Of a stretch of DNA of 32,000 nucleotides, positions 25,074 to 32,000 are shown piece after piece. This DNA is from Halogeometricum borinquense DSM 11551. Lineage in GTDB: Archaea; Halobacteriota; Halobacteria; Halobacteriales; Haloferacaceae. The first letter of the stretch is position 1, and each line of letters begins with the position of its first letter. Made by a program: the position numbers and the translations under genes. The notes beneath the pieces were generated by a model, which was given only the letters and a program-made list of their open reading frames with translations, did not search any database and had not been told where the DNA came from. The stretch spans positions 150,001 through 182,000 of the forward strand of contig NC_014732.1 of the NCBI RefSeq assembly GCF_000172995.2. The letters are read 5' to 3'.

Positions 25074-25201
25074 TATCCCACCACGCCCCCGAGCGCTTCG
25101 ATTCTCACGGAGATGTTGTAGGTCACTTGGTAGTCAAGGCTGTTCTGGGAGTTGTTCGTTATCTCGGCGTTGAGTACTGAGTGAGGCTGGTAGTTGCTCA
25201 T
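25073..25201 (-). CDS. Possible 42-aa small ORF, translationally coupled to the 77-aa gene
   Basis: Hand translation gives MSNYQPHSVLNAEITNNSQNSLDYQVTYNISVRIEALGGVVG*. The stop TAA (25075-25073) overlaps ATG 25073-25071 of the next gene. TATA-like TCTATATTTT lies ~30-40 nt upstream of ATG 25201. The composition is Asn/Ser/Gln-rich and barely acidic, which is atypical for a haloarchaeal protein. Confidence 0.3.
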   Translation of the reverse strand: MSNYQPHSVLNAEITNNSQNSLDYQVTYNISVRIEALGGVVG

Positions 25202-25298
25202 TGTGCCAGTCTCACATCCGCAGAGGACGAAAATATAGACAATATCTAGAAGACTAGTGACCCACCGATGACCACTCGTCTGATAACGTCAGCCACAC

Positions 25299-27707
25299 CT
25301 AGTCGAACAGTCCAATCTCATCGATCTGTTCCAGAACCTTCCGAGTCGCCTTCCGCACGTGGAGGTAGAACGTCGGTGACGTGATCCCGAGCGCATCGGC
25401 GAGTTCATCACCGGTCGAACAGCGTGGCGATTCGAAGAAGCCGGCGCGGTAGGCGAGTTCCAGAACCTCACGTTGGCGGTCGGTCAACAGTTCGTCAAGT
25501 GCGTCCTGTGTGAGATTGATCGACCGAACTGGGCGGTCAACCGAACGCTTGGCGATGAAAGTCGTATCCGGGTACGCTGCTTGAATTCCGGAGATGATCT
25601 TGCGGCTATCCGCATCCGGGGCAATCTCTCCGACAACGGTTTCGTCACCGCTCTCGATGATTGCGGATGTCACAGTCGCACCGTATTCCAGCAGCGTCGT
25701 CACCGGTGACTGACTCACCTTGTATTCGACCGTGCCGGACGTTCCGGTCGCATCGACGACACGGGGATTTTCGACCACCGGCGAGGACGAGAGCTTCGTT
25801 GCTACCGCTTCGGGTGACACTCCATCAACCGACGTATAGCAGAGGTATGCGTTTTCAGAGGTGGGTACGATTGTTTTGAGTTCGAGCCGACAGTCGAGTT
25901 CCTCGCTTACCCGAACGAAGATCGATTCCGCACTTGACGTCTTGAACTCCAGTTCGACGACGGTATCCGTATGAAGGAGCCGTTCGTTCTCTGCGGCGTA
26001 GATTGCGTGCCCGATACGTTCCCCGAGTTCACGAAGCAATCCTTGCTCGTATTCGTCAAACGCGTTCGGCCGGTCCGAGTAGACCCCGATCACACCGTAA
26101 ACAGTTCCATCAAAGGCAACCGGGATGGCGGCTGACGATTGATATCCACCATCGAGCGCATTCTTATGCAACGATTCCGATAACGGATCAGTGAGGATAT
26201 TCCGGGCTGCTTGGACATCGCAGGAGTGGACGGCCCGGCCGACCGGTCCCCGAACCGAGTCACCCTCGTTAGTTGTCACCGCAAAGTCGTCGAGACACTC
26301 GTCTTCGATTTCAGCCCACTCCTGTGGGGTCACTTGTTCACGTTCCGGAATATAGTCGCCGTACCACGCAAACAGGTAGGCATCGGACGCCGCTAACTGC
26401 TCGCAGACCACCTGTTCGATTTCGTCTCGTGTTGGGGCCTGCGCGAGCGCTCGATTGAGGGGGCGAAGGCTGTCTGTGATTTGCTTAACGCGTTCGAGTG
26501 CGACCCGTTGCCGTTCGAGTGTGCGCTCGCGCTCTTTTTGGTCGGTGATATCAGCACTCACTGCGACGAACCGCTCGATCTCTCCGTCATCGTCTGTCAC
26601 TGGCGCGATCGTCTGATTAACGACGTATCGTTCGCCGGTCTTCCGCTGATTGGTCACTTCGCCCTGCCACACCTCACCCGAACGGATCGTTTCCCAAAGG
26701 TCCGCGTAGAACTCGTCGTTGTGCTCTCCGGAGCTAAGAAGTCGTGGCGTCTCGCCGCAGGCTTCTTCCTCCGAGTAGCCGGTGATATCCTCAAACGCTG
26801 GATTAACGTACTCGATGGTACCATCTGTATCAGTCATATAAATCGAGTGACCTGCTTGCTCAACTGCCTCGCGGAATGCCCGCAATCGCTCTTCGCGTTC
26901 CTTACGTTCAGTGATGTCCTCGGCGACGCCATCGATGTAGACCTCTCCCTGTTCTTCCCGCCTGATCGCCGTGATTGACGTCCAAATCGTCTCACCTGTC
27001 GCAGTTTGTACTTTCAGTTCTTCGTCCGATATAACGCCGTCCTCACGTAGCCGTTCCTGGAAGATCTGCCGCTCGTCTGGATCGGCGTAGAAATCCGCAG
27101 GGCCTTGCTGGAGGAGAGCCTCCATCGACGTGACGTCGAGCATCTCTCGTAACGCTGTATTCCCCTCGACGAAGGTGCCACCGGAACAGGCCTCCGTTCG
27201 GTAAATTCCCTCCGGGAGGTGCGTAATTATATCTTCGTAGCGCTCGAGTTCGTTCCGGCGTTTTTCTCGGTCGGTGTTGTCCCGGAGTATCCCCGTGAAG
27301 AGCCGTTGGCCGTCGTGGCTGTGTTCTCGAAAGCGAATTGAAACTGGGACCTCGTGGCCGTCTTTGTGTCGCGCTGGAAAGTCAACGTCGTCCCAGTCCA
27401 TCTGGCGTTCGCCTGTTTCGATGTACTGTTGGAACGCCCGCGTGTGCTGTTGGTCAAGTCGATCAGGGACGAGCGTGAGCAGCGGTTGGCCGACTAGCTC
27501 GTTCGGTTGGTACCCGAGGATACGTTCGACTGCCGGGTTAGCAAAGACGATTGTGCTGTCTTCATCTACTGTGAGAAGACCCTCCGATGTGTTTGCCACG
27601 AGCGCTTGACAGAACTCCGTGGCATCGACATCGAGAGGAGATGTAGTAAAAACGCTCTCGAGGTCCCCACCCCACTTAGAGAACGAATTCTCACTCCGAT
27701 TAGTCAT
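25299..27707 (-). CDS. Bat-type (bacterio-opsin-activator-like) regulator: multiple PAS/PAC, GAF-like and C-terminal HTH-10 domains
   Basis: 802 aa. PAS/PAC-like blocks are ...IVFANPAVERILGY..., ...ITERKEREERL..., ...IEYVNPAFEDITGY... and ...DITDQKERERTLE... A GAF-like middle region follows. The C-terminal HTH-10 is ...LTDRQREVLELAYRAGFFESPR...LADALGITSPTFYLHVRKATRKVL... Confidence 0.93.
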   Translation of the reverse strand: MTNRSENSFSKWGGDLESVFTTSPLDVDATEFCQALVANTSEGLLTVDEDSTIVFANPAVERILGYQPNELVGQPLLTLVPDRLDQQHTRAFQQYIETGERQMDWDDVDFPARHKDGHEVPVSIRFREHSHDGQRLFTGILRDNTDREKRRNELERYEDIITHLPEGIYRTEACSGGTFVEGNTALREMLDVTSMEALLQQGPADFYADPDERQIFQERLREDGVISDEELKVQTATGETIWTSITAIRREEQGEVYIDGVAEDITERKEREERLRAFREAVEQAGHSIYMTDTDGTIEYVNPAFEDITGYSEEEACGETPRLLSSGEHNDEFYADLWETIRSGEVWQGEVTNQRKTGERYVVNQTIAPVTDDDGEIERFVAVSADITDQKERERTLERQRVALERVKQITDSLRPLNRALAQAPTRDEIEQVVCEQLAASDAYLFAWYGDYIPEREQVTPQEWAEIEDECLDDFAVTTNEGDSVRGPVGRAVHSCDVQAARNILTDPLSESLHKNALDGGYQSSAAIPVAFDGTVYGVIGVYSDRPNAFDEYEQGLLRELGERIGHAIYAAENERLLHTDTVVELEFKTSSAESIFVRVSEELDCRLELKTIVPTSENAYLCYTSVDGVSPEAVATKLSSSPVVENPRVVDATGTSGTVEYKVSQSPVTTLLEYGATVTSAIIESGDETVVGEIAPDADSRKIISGIQAAYPDTTFIAKRSVDRPVRSINLTQDALDELLTDRQREVLELAYRAGFFESPRCSTGDELADALGITSPTFYLHVRKATRKVLEQIDEIGLFD

Positions 27708-27792
27708 TGGCGGCTCTGAGAGACAAGCACTGAAAAGCTCGTTGGAGAATGTGTATTATTGCCGTTCAAGATGGATTTGAATATCTACCCGC

Positions 27793-27839
27793 GCGTTCAC
27801 GAATAGAACTCCGTTTCACGCACTGAAACAGCGTTCACG
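27793..27839. promoter_or_regulatory. Three direct repeats at an exact 19-bp period in the divergent regulator/oxidoreductase promoter region
   Basis: GCGTTCACG at 27793-27801, CGTTTCACG at 27812-27820 and GCGTTCACG at 27831-27839. The third copy lies in a small hairpin, ACAGCG-TTCA-CGCTGT (27828-27843). Confidence 0.3.
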
Positions 27840-27895
27840 CTGTCGAACGTGTCTTGGTAGGAGGGGACAACACCTGTGTCACCGTTCGGTATAGT

Positions 27896-29311
27896 ATGAC
27901 GGGGAAGTCAATCAGTGGCGAACCAACAGAACAGTTCGAAGCGGCGTTATACGGTGACCTGATTCGTCCCACCGATGCCGACTACGACGACGCCCGTGCG
28001 GTTTGGAACGGGATGATCGATAAGCATCCAGCGCTTATCGTGCGGTGTCAGGGTGTCGCTGATGTCGTTGCCGCCGTGAACTTCGCCCGCGAAAACGATG
28101 TTCTTGTTGCGGTTCGCGGTGGCGGACACAACGTTTCGGGGAACGCAGTCTGTGACGACGGCCTCGTTATCGACCTTTCTGAGATGACCGGCGTCAGAGT
28201 CGATCCAGCGGCGCAGACGGCGTGGGTCCAAGCCGGTGCCACGTGGGCCGACCTCGACCGCGAGACGCAACTATTCGGACTCGCGACACCCGGAGGCGTC
28301 GTTTCGGATACAGGCATTGCCGGGTTGACACTCGGCGGCGGAATCGGTCATCTCCGCTGCAAGTACGGTTTGAGCTGTGACAATCTTCGTTCGGTAGAAC
28401 TCGTCACTGCCGACGGCGAGTTCCTGACGGCCAGCACAGACGAAAACGAAGAGTTGTTCTGGGGTCTCCGCGGCGGCGGCGGAAACTTCGGTGTAGTCAC
28501 GGCGTTCGAGTTCGATCTTCACCCGGTTGGACCCGATGTCGCAACCTGTCTCGTGTTCTATCCGGGTGACCAGTTGCACGACTGTCTGCAAGCATACCGG
28601 GCGTACGCCGAATCGTCACCGGATGAAGTGAGTTCGCTCACGTTTGCGGGTGTGATGCCCGATGCGGAACTCTTCTCGGCGGACGTTCTACACGACTTCA
28701 AAATTGCGTTCATGGGCTGCTATGCGGGTCCCGCCGGAGAGGGAGAGTCCGCGCTCGCTCCACTCCGGGAGTTCGCCGAACCGATTGCTGACTTCAGCGG
28801 GACGATGCCGTACACCGACTTCCAGCAACTACTCGATGAAGATTACCCCGACGGAATGCGGTATTACTGGAAGTCGCTCTACCTCGACGGACTCTCCGAT
28901 TCGGTCATCGAACGGATCGGACACTGGGCTGAGGCAGCGCCTTCACCGCTCTCAACAGTCGATGTGTGGCAACTCGGAGGTGCAATTGCGGATATCGATA
29001 CCGATGAAAGCGCCTTCGCTGGCCGACACGCTCCGTTCCTCCTCGGCGTAGAGGCCAACTGGGAAGATTCCGAAAACGACGACGACAACGTGGCGTGGGT
29101 CCGCGACTGCCTCGATGATATGCGCCAGTTTTCGGACGGATCAGTCTATCTTAATTTTCCGGGCTTCTTCGAGGAGGGCGACGACATGATGCGGACCACG
29201 TTCGGCCCAGCGTACGAGCGGTTGGCCGAACTGAAAGATGAGTACGACCCAACGAACCGCTTCAGCCTCAATCAGAACATCGTACCGTCCGGAACTGCAC
29301 AGACAGAATAG
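27896..29311 (+). CDS. FAD-linked oxidoreductase (PCMH-type FAD_binding_4 domain plus BBE-like C-terminus)
   Basis: The likely start is ATG 27896 (MTGKSISG...). Supporting blocks are ...LVAVRGGGHNVSGNA..., ...GLTLGGGIGHL..., ...GLRGGGGNFGVVT... and the C-terminal ...YLNFPG...YDPTNRFSLNQNI, typical of berberine-bridge-enzyme-like FAD oxidases. Confidence 0.92.
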   Translation: MTGKSISGEPTEQFEAALYGDLIRPTDADYDDARAVWNGMIDKHPALIVRCQGVADVVAAVNFARENDVLVAVRGGGHNVSGNAVCDDGLVIDLSEMTGVRVDPAAQTAWVQAGATWADLDRETQLFGLATPGGVVSDTGIAGLTLGGGIGHLRCKYGLSCDNLRSVELVTADGEFLTASTDENEELFWGLRGGGGNFGVVTAFEFDLHPVGPDVATCLVFYPGDQLHDCLQAYRAYAESSPDEVSSLTFAGVMPDAELFSADVLHDFKIAFMGCYAGPAGEGESALAPLREFAEPIADFSGTMPYTDFQQLLDEDYPDGMRYYWKSLYLDGLSDSVIERIGHWAEAAPSPLSTVDVWQLGGAIADIDTDESAFAGRHAPFLLGVEANWEDSENDDDNVAWVRDCLDDMRQFSDGSVYLNFPGFFEEGDDMMRTTFGPAYERLAELKDEYDPTNRFSLNQNIVPSGTAQTE

Positions 29312-29567
29312 CACCAACTCTCTCCGCCGTCCCTCAGTTTTGTTCAGAGAGATTTCGACAGGTCACCATTCCGTTCTCGGATGAGTTCGACTGGAACGAG
29401 GTCCAATTACCAGTTGTCGTTTGAGAAAACCACGTGTTGCTCAGATATCGGGGGTAATCAATCGCACACGGCGATCCCTTAGTAACACATGTGTACGACT
29501 ACGAAAGGTGGGTTGCTCGGATAAGTGACGCGCTGTGCGCGCGTAACAAAGATTGGGGGCACAACCC

Positions 29568-30263
29568 ATGTCATCACTGAGACGGAAATTTCAGACAGCA
29601 CTAGCATTCAGTGTTGCATTACTAATCGTCGTCGCATTCACGGTTCAACCCGTTGCAGCCAGCCACCGCAACTCAGTCGAGGTTAGCCACAAGGGTGACC
29701 GAATCGAGGTCGAGACGAATGACTTCGATATCGACCTACGGTCCGATAGGGCTGAAATCGATACGCAAGACGTCGACTACGAGTTCGAAGGTGACCGTGT
29801 CGAGATCGACAGCGACGATCTGGACGTCGAAATTGATGGCTCGAACATCGAAGTCGAGGGGCGGGAGCATAATCTCGATTTCGAACTTCGTGACGACGGT
29901 GACGACCTCGATGTCGAAAGCGACGACTTCGACATCGAGTTCAGAGACGGCAGATGGGAGGTCGAGAGCCACGACAGTGACCTCGAAATCGAGAGCCACG
30001 GTGACAGCGTGGAGATCGAAGGCGACAGCTTCGACATCGAGATCTTCAGAGGCCACGTCGAGATCGACAGCAGAGACTTCGAGATCGACATCGAATCGGA
30101 TGGCGAAATAGAGATCGAGACGGACAACTTCGACGTCGAGTACGAGAATCCAACCCTCGACCTAGAGAGTGACGACCCCGACCTCGACCTCGAATTCGAC
30201 GGCCAGAACGCTGACATCGAAACAGACACCCTCGACATCAAGATGGCGTTACGGTCGGAATAA
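29568..30263 (+). CDS. Secreted or anchored hyper-acidic tandem-repeat protein (about 20 units of ~8 aa, hydrophobic residues alternating with Asp/Glu)
   Basis: ATG 29568 (MSSLRRKFQTALAFSVALLIVVAFTVQPVAAS...) gives an RRKF motif plus a hydrophobic signal or anchor. The remainder is units such as RIEVETND, FDIDLRSD, RVEIDSDD, LDVEIDGS, FDIEFRDG, SVEIEGDS and EIEIETDN. C/G-ending haloarchaeal codons are used in this frame. The other frames are open only because of the repeat. Confidence 0.75.
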   Translation: MSSLRRKFQTALAFSVALLIVVAFTVQPVAASHRNSVEVSHKGDRIEVETNDFDIDLRSDRAEIDTQDVDYEFEGDRVEIDSDDLDVEIDGSNIEVEGREHNLDFELRDDGDDLDVESDDFDIEFRDGRWEVESHDSDLEIESHGDSVEIEGDSFDIEIFRGHVEIDSRDFEIDIESDGEIEIETDNFDVEYENPTLDLESDDPDLDLEFDGQNADIETDTLDIKMALRSE

Positions 30264-30316
30264 CCAACACATCAGAGAGGTACCAACGCGTCAGGGCGCG
30301 TCGTCACTCGTTCTTT

Positions 30317-31246
30317 TTAACAAGATAGAAAGGAACTCAGTTTGAATATCGGCGACTGGCGAGACGCTCGTAGTGGTCTAAGTGTATGGGAACCAGTTTC
30401 GGGAGCGACAACGTCAGTGGACAGAATGCGCGTGAACGCGTTTCCGAGCGCGTAGTAGCGGGAATTGAACGGCCGAACAACTGCGAGTGCAGCCTTGGCA
30501 AGCGGTTTCGGAACGTGTGTAGTCTTCACCCGTCCGTCGAGCGTACGAGACGCAAGCGCCGCAATCTCGTCGTACGTAAACGTCTCCGGGCCGCCCACAG
30601 CGAACTCCTCACGGTCGTCAGAGACCGCATCGGCGCACGCTGCAGCAAGGTCCGCACCGTGAATAGGGTTGATACGCGCGTTCCCGTCACCGACGAGGAA
30701 TACTCGCGCCCGGCGGGCCATCTCGAAAAACTCGGTCATATCCGAGAAGTACCCGGTCGGTCGAACGACCGTCTGCGAGATTTCGGCGTCGTATAACTCA
30801 TCTACGAACTGCTCTCGCGGTTCCACGAGCGATCCCCAAAGTTCCGGGGCGAACACCGAAACGAACACGAATCGCTCGACGCCTGCATCGAGCGCTAAGT
30901 CGAGAAGGGTTCGGTTCGCCCCGTAATCAACCTCCCAGTGACTCGCCTGCTGGCGAGTCACACCGAGCGACGAAAAGACCACGTCAATTCCATCGCACAA
31001 ACCGTCGAGCGTGTCCGAATCCGTAGCCGTGCCGACGAAGAGGTCGTCGATGTCCGACCGCACCGCCGGTTCGAGAAACCGACCTGGTGTAGAGAGTTTT
31101 TCGACCGATTGCGGCCGCGAAAGCGCCCGCACCCAGCAGCCGCGACGTTTGAAGGCGCAAACCGCGTATCGGCCGAGATAGCCGGTTGCACCGGCGACCA
31201 ACACCCGCGTCGGATTCTCCTCCAAGGTATTTTCTATATTTTGCAT
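30317..31246 (-). CDS. NAD(P)-binding atypical SDR / NmrA-like oxidoreductase
   Basis: The N-terminal Rossmann fingerprint is RVLVAGATGYLGRY. At ~300 aa, with ...VVRPTGYFSD..., it fits NmrA/HSCARG-like atypical SDRs. Confidence 0.88.
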   Translation of the reverse strand: MQNIENTLEENPTRVLVAGATGYLGRYAVCAFKRRGCWVRALSRPQSVEKLSTPGRFLEPAVRSDIDDLFVGTATDSDTLDGLCDGIDVVFSSLGVTRQQASHWEVDYGANRTLLDLALDAGVERFVFVSVFAPELWGSLVEPREQFVDELYDAEISQTVVRPTGYFSDMTEFFEMARRARVFLVGDGNARINPIHGADLAAACADAVSDDREEFAVGGPETFTYDEIAALASRTLDGRVKTTHVPKPLAKAALAVVRPFNSRYYALGNAFTRILSTDVVAPETGSHTLRPLRASRQSPIFKLSSFLSC

Positions 31247-31300
31247 ATAGTGAATATTGTGTCGTCAGTGTATTAACGTGCTGGTGCGAACGGTCGGGTA

Positions 31301-31846
31301 ATGACGGAAGAGGCGTACGACGAGGCACGAACCGAAATTGCCGACGCGATGGCTCGGACGGCGGAACTGTACGGACTCAACAGAAGTTATGGGCGAGTGT
31401 ACGGATTCCTCTACTTCGCAGGTGGACCCAAATCTCTCGACGAATTAGCCGAGGAGACAGGATACGCGAAGTCCACGGTGAGCAACGCGATGGGAACGCT
31501 CGAACGGTATCACCTCGTCCACAGACGGTCGGCACCCGGCGAGGGCCGGAAGGTATACTTCGAAGCCGAAACGGATTTCTGGACTGTTCTCACGGAACTG
31601 TTCGAACGGGAGGGTCGCCGAGAGATACGTATCATGCGACGAGCACTGGAGAACGCACAGGAGACGCTCGAAGAGGCGCCGGAGACAGAGGAGACGAAGC
31701 GTGCCGAAGAGCGAATCGAACAACTCCAGCAGCTCTACCGACAGTCAGAACGCGTCCTCGAATTCTTCACCGAGGTTCCCATCGACGAACTTCTCGCGTA
31801 TATCTCCGAGTTTCGGAACCGAGACACCGCCACCCGCGACGACTGA
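31301..31846 (+). CDS. GbsR/MarR-type winged-helix transcriptional regulator
   Basis: ...YGRVYGFLYFAGGPKSLDELAEETGYAKSTVSNAMGTLERYHLVHR... is followed by a charged coiled-coil-like C-terminus. The gene is divergent from the SDR gene, separated by a 54-bp spacer. Confidence 0.85.
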   Translation: MTEEAYDEARTEIADAMARTAELYGLNRSYGRVYGFLYFAGGPKSLDELAEETGYAKSTVSNAMGTLERYHLVHRRSAPGEGRKVYFEAETDFWTVLTELFEREGRREIRIMRRALENAQETLEEAPETEETKRAEERIEQLQQLYRQSERVLEFFTEVPIDELLAYISEFRNRDTATRDD

Positions 31847-31897
31847 CGGCGCTTCGCCGGTCCTCGACTGAATTCCTACTCCCGATTCCTCCGGTTC

Positions 31898-32000
31898 TCA
31901 CCCACTTGTGAGATGGCCGCCGACGAGTTTGAGGTAGAGGAACGGCGCGAACCACTCTAGACCGGGTTCCACAGAGACGAGCATGAGTCCGACGAGGACA
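31898..32000 (-). CDS. C-terminal end of a hydrophobic (membrane?) protein; gene runs off the right edge
   Basis: Hand translation of the minus strand gives ...VLVGLMLVSVEPGLEWFAPFLYLKLVGGHLTSG*, with the stop TGA at 31900-31898. Only 34 codons are visible. Confidence 0.35.
   Translation of the reverse strand, partial: VLVGLMLVSVEPGLEWFAPFLYLKLVGGHLTSG

Noticed and set aside
29653-30241. Alternative-frame and antisense ORFs over the acidic repeat gene (29653..30111 +, 29736..30056 -, 29777..30241 -)
   Set aside because: They are open only because the GAC/GAG/ATC/GTC/TCG-rich repeat lacks stop codons in all frames. Only the 29568 frame has a signal peptide, haloarchaeal codon bias and an acidic product.
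31186-31911. 241-aa Arg-rich ORF overlapping the GbsR/MarR-type gene
   Set aside because: It is an extremely basic, low-complexity product in an alternative frame of a well-supported acidic regulator gene, which is a typical GC-rich shadow ORF.
1-32000. CRISPR arrays, rRNA genes, defence-system gene clusters
   Set aside because: I saw no regularly spaced direct repeats of 25-40 bp, no rRNA-like conserved blocks, and no nuclease, helicase or reverse-transcriptase-type ORFs. The only ATPases are ABC-transporter subunits.

Overview
This window looks like accessory, megaplasmid-style DNA from a halophilic archaeon (class Halobacteria). The evidence is strongly acidic predicted proteins, Tat/lipobox signal peptides, an HTH-10 Bat-type regulator, amphi-Trp and DpsA-type genes, and TATA-like boxes about 25-30 nt upstream of several start codons. 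From left to right the window contains the following. A secreted-protein gene truncated by the left edge. An intact 745-bp IS6-family element with perfect 14-bp terminal inverted repeats. A low-GC patch with a possible transposase remnant and small membrane and lipoprotein genes. A 5-gene family-5 (Dpp/Opp-type) ABC importer translationally coupled to a truncated thioredoxin-reductase-like flavoprotein. A second, oppositely oriented family-5 ABC importer, followed by USP and sugar-phosphate isomerase/epimerase genes. A HEAT-repeat protein. A DgoD-type sugar-acid dehydratase divergent from an IclR regulator. A GNAT protein. A ~1.3-kb AT-rich gap containing a GC-rich, ORF-free, very hairpin-dense segment of ~0.5-0.65 kb. 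A small CxxC protein plus an amphi-Trp protein. Dps. A wHTH regulator. Two tiny coupled ORFs. An 802-aa PAS/GAF/HTH-10 regulator. An FAD/BBE oxidoreductase. A secreted protein that is ~38% Asp+Glu and built from about 20 eight-residue repeats. An atypical SDR divergent from a GbsR/MarR-type regulator. The hairpin-dense segment is my best candidate for something undescribed: a large structured RNA, a non-autonomous IS200/IS605-like (PATE-type) element, or both. I saw no rRNA, tRNA or CRISPR array. All functional calls come from my own reading of the translations (motif and family recognition from memory), not from database searches.
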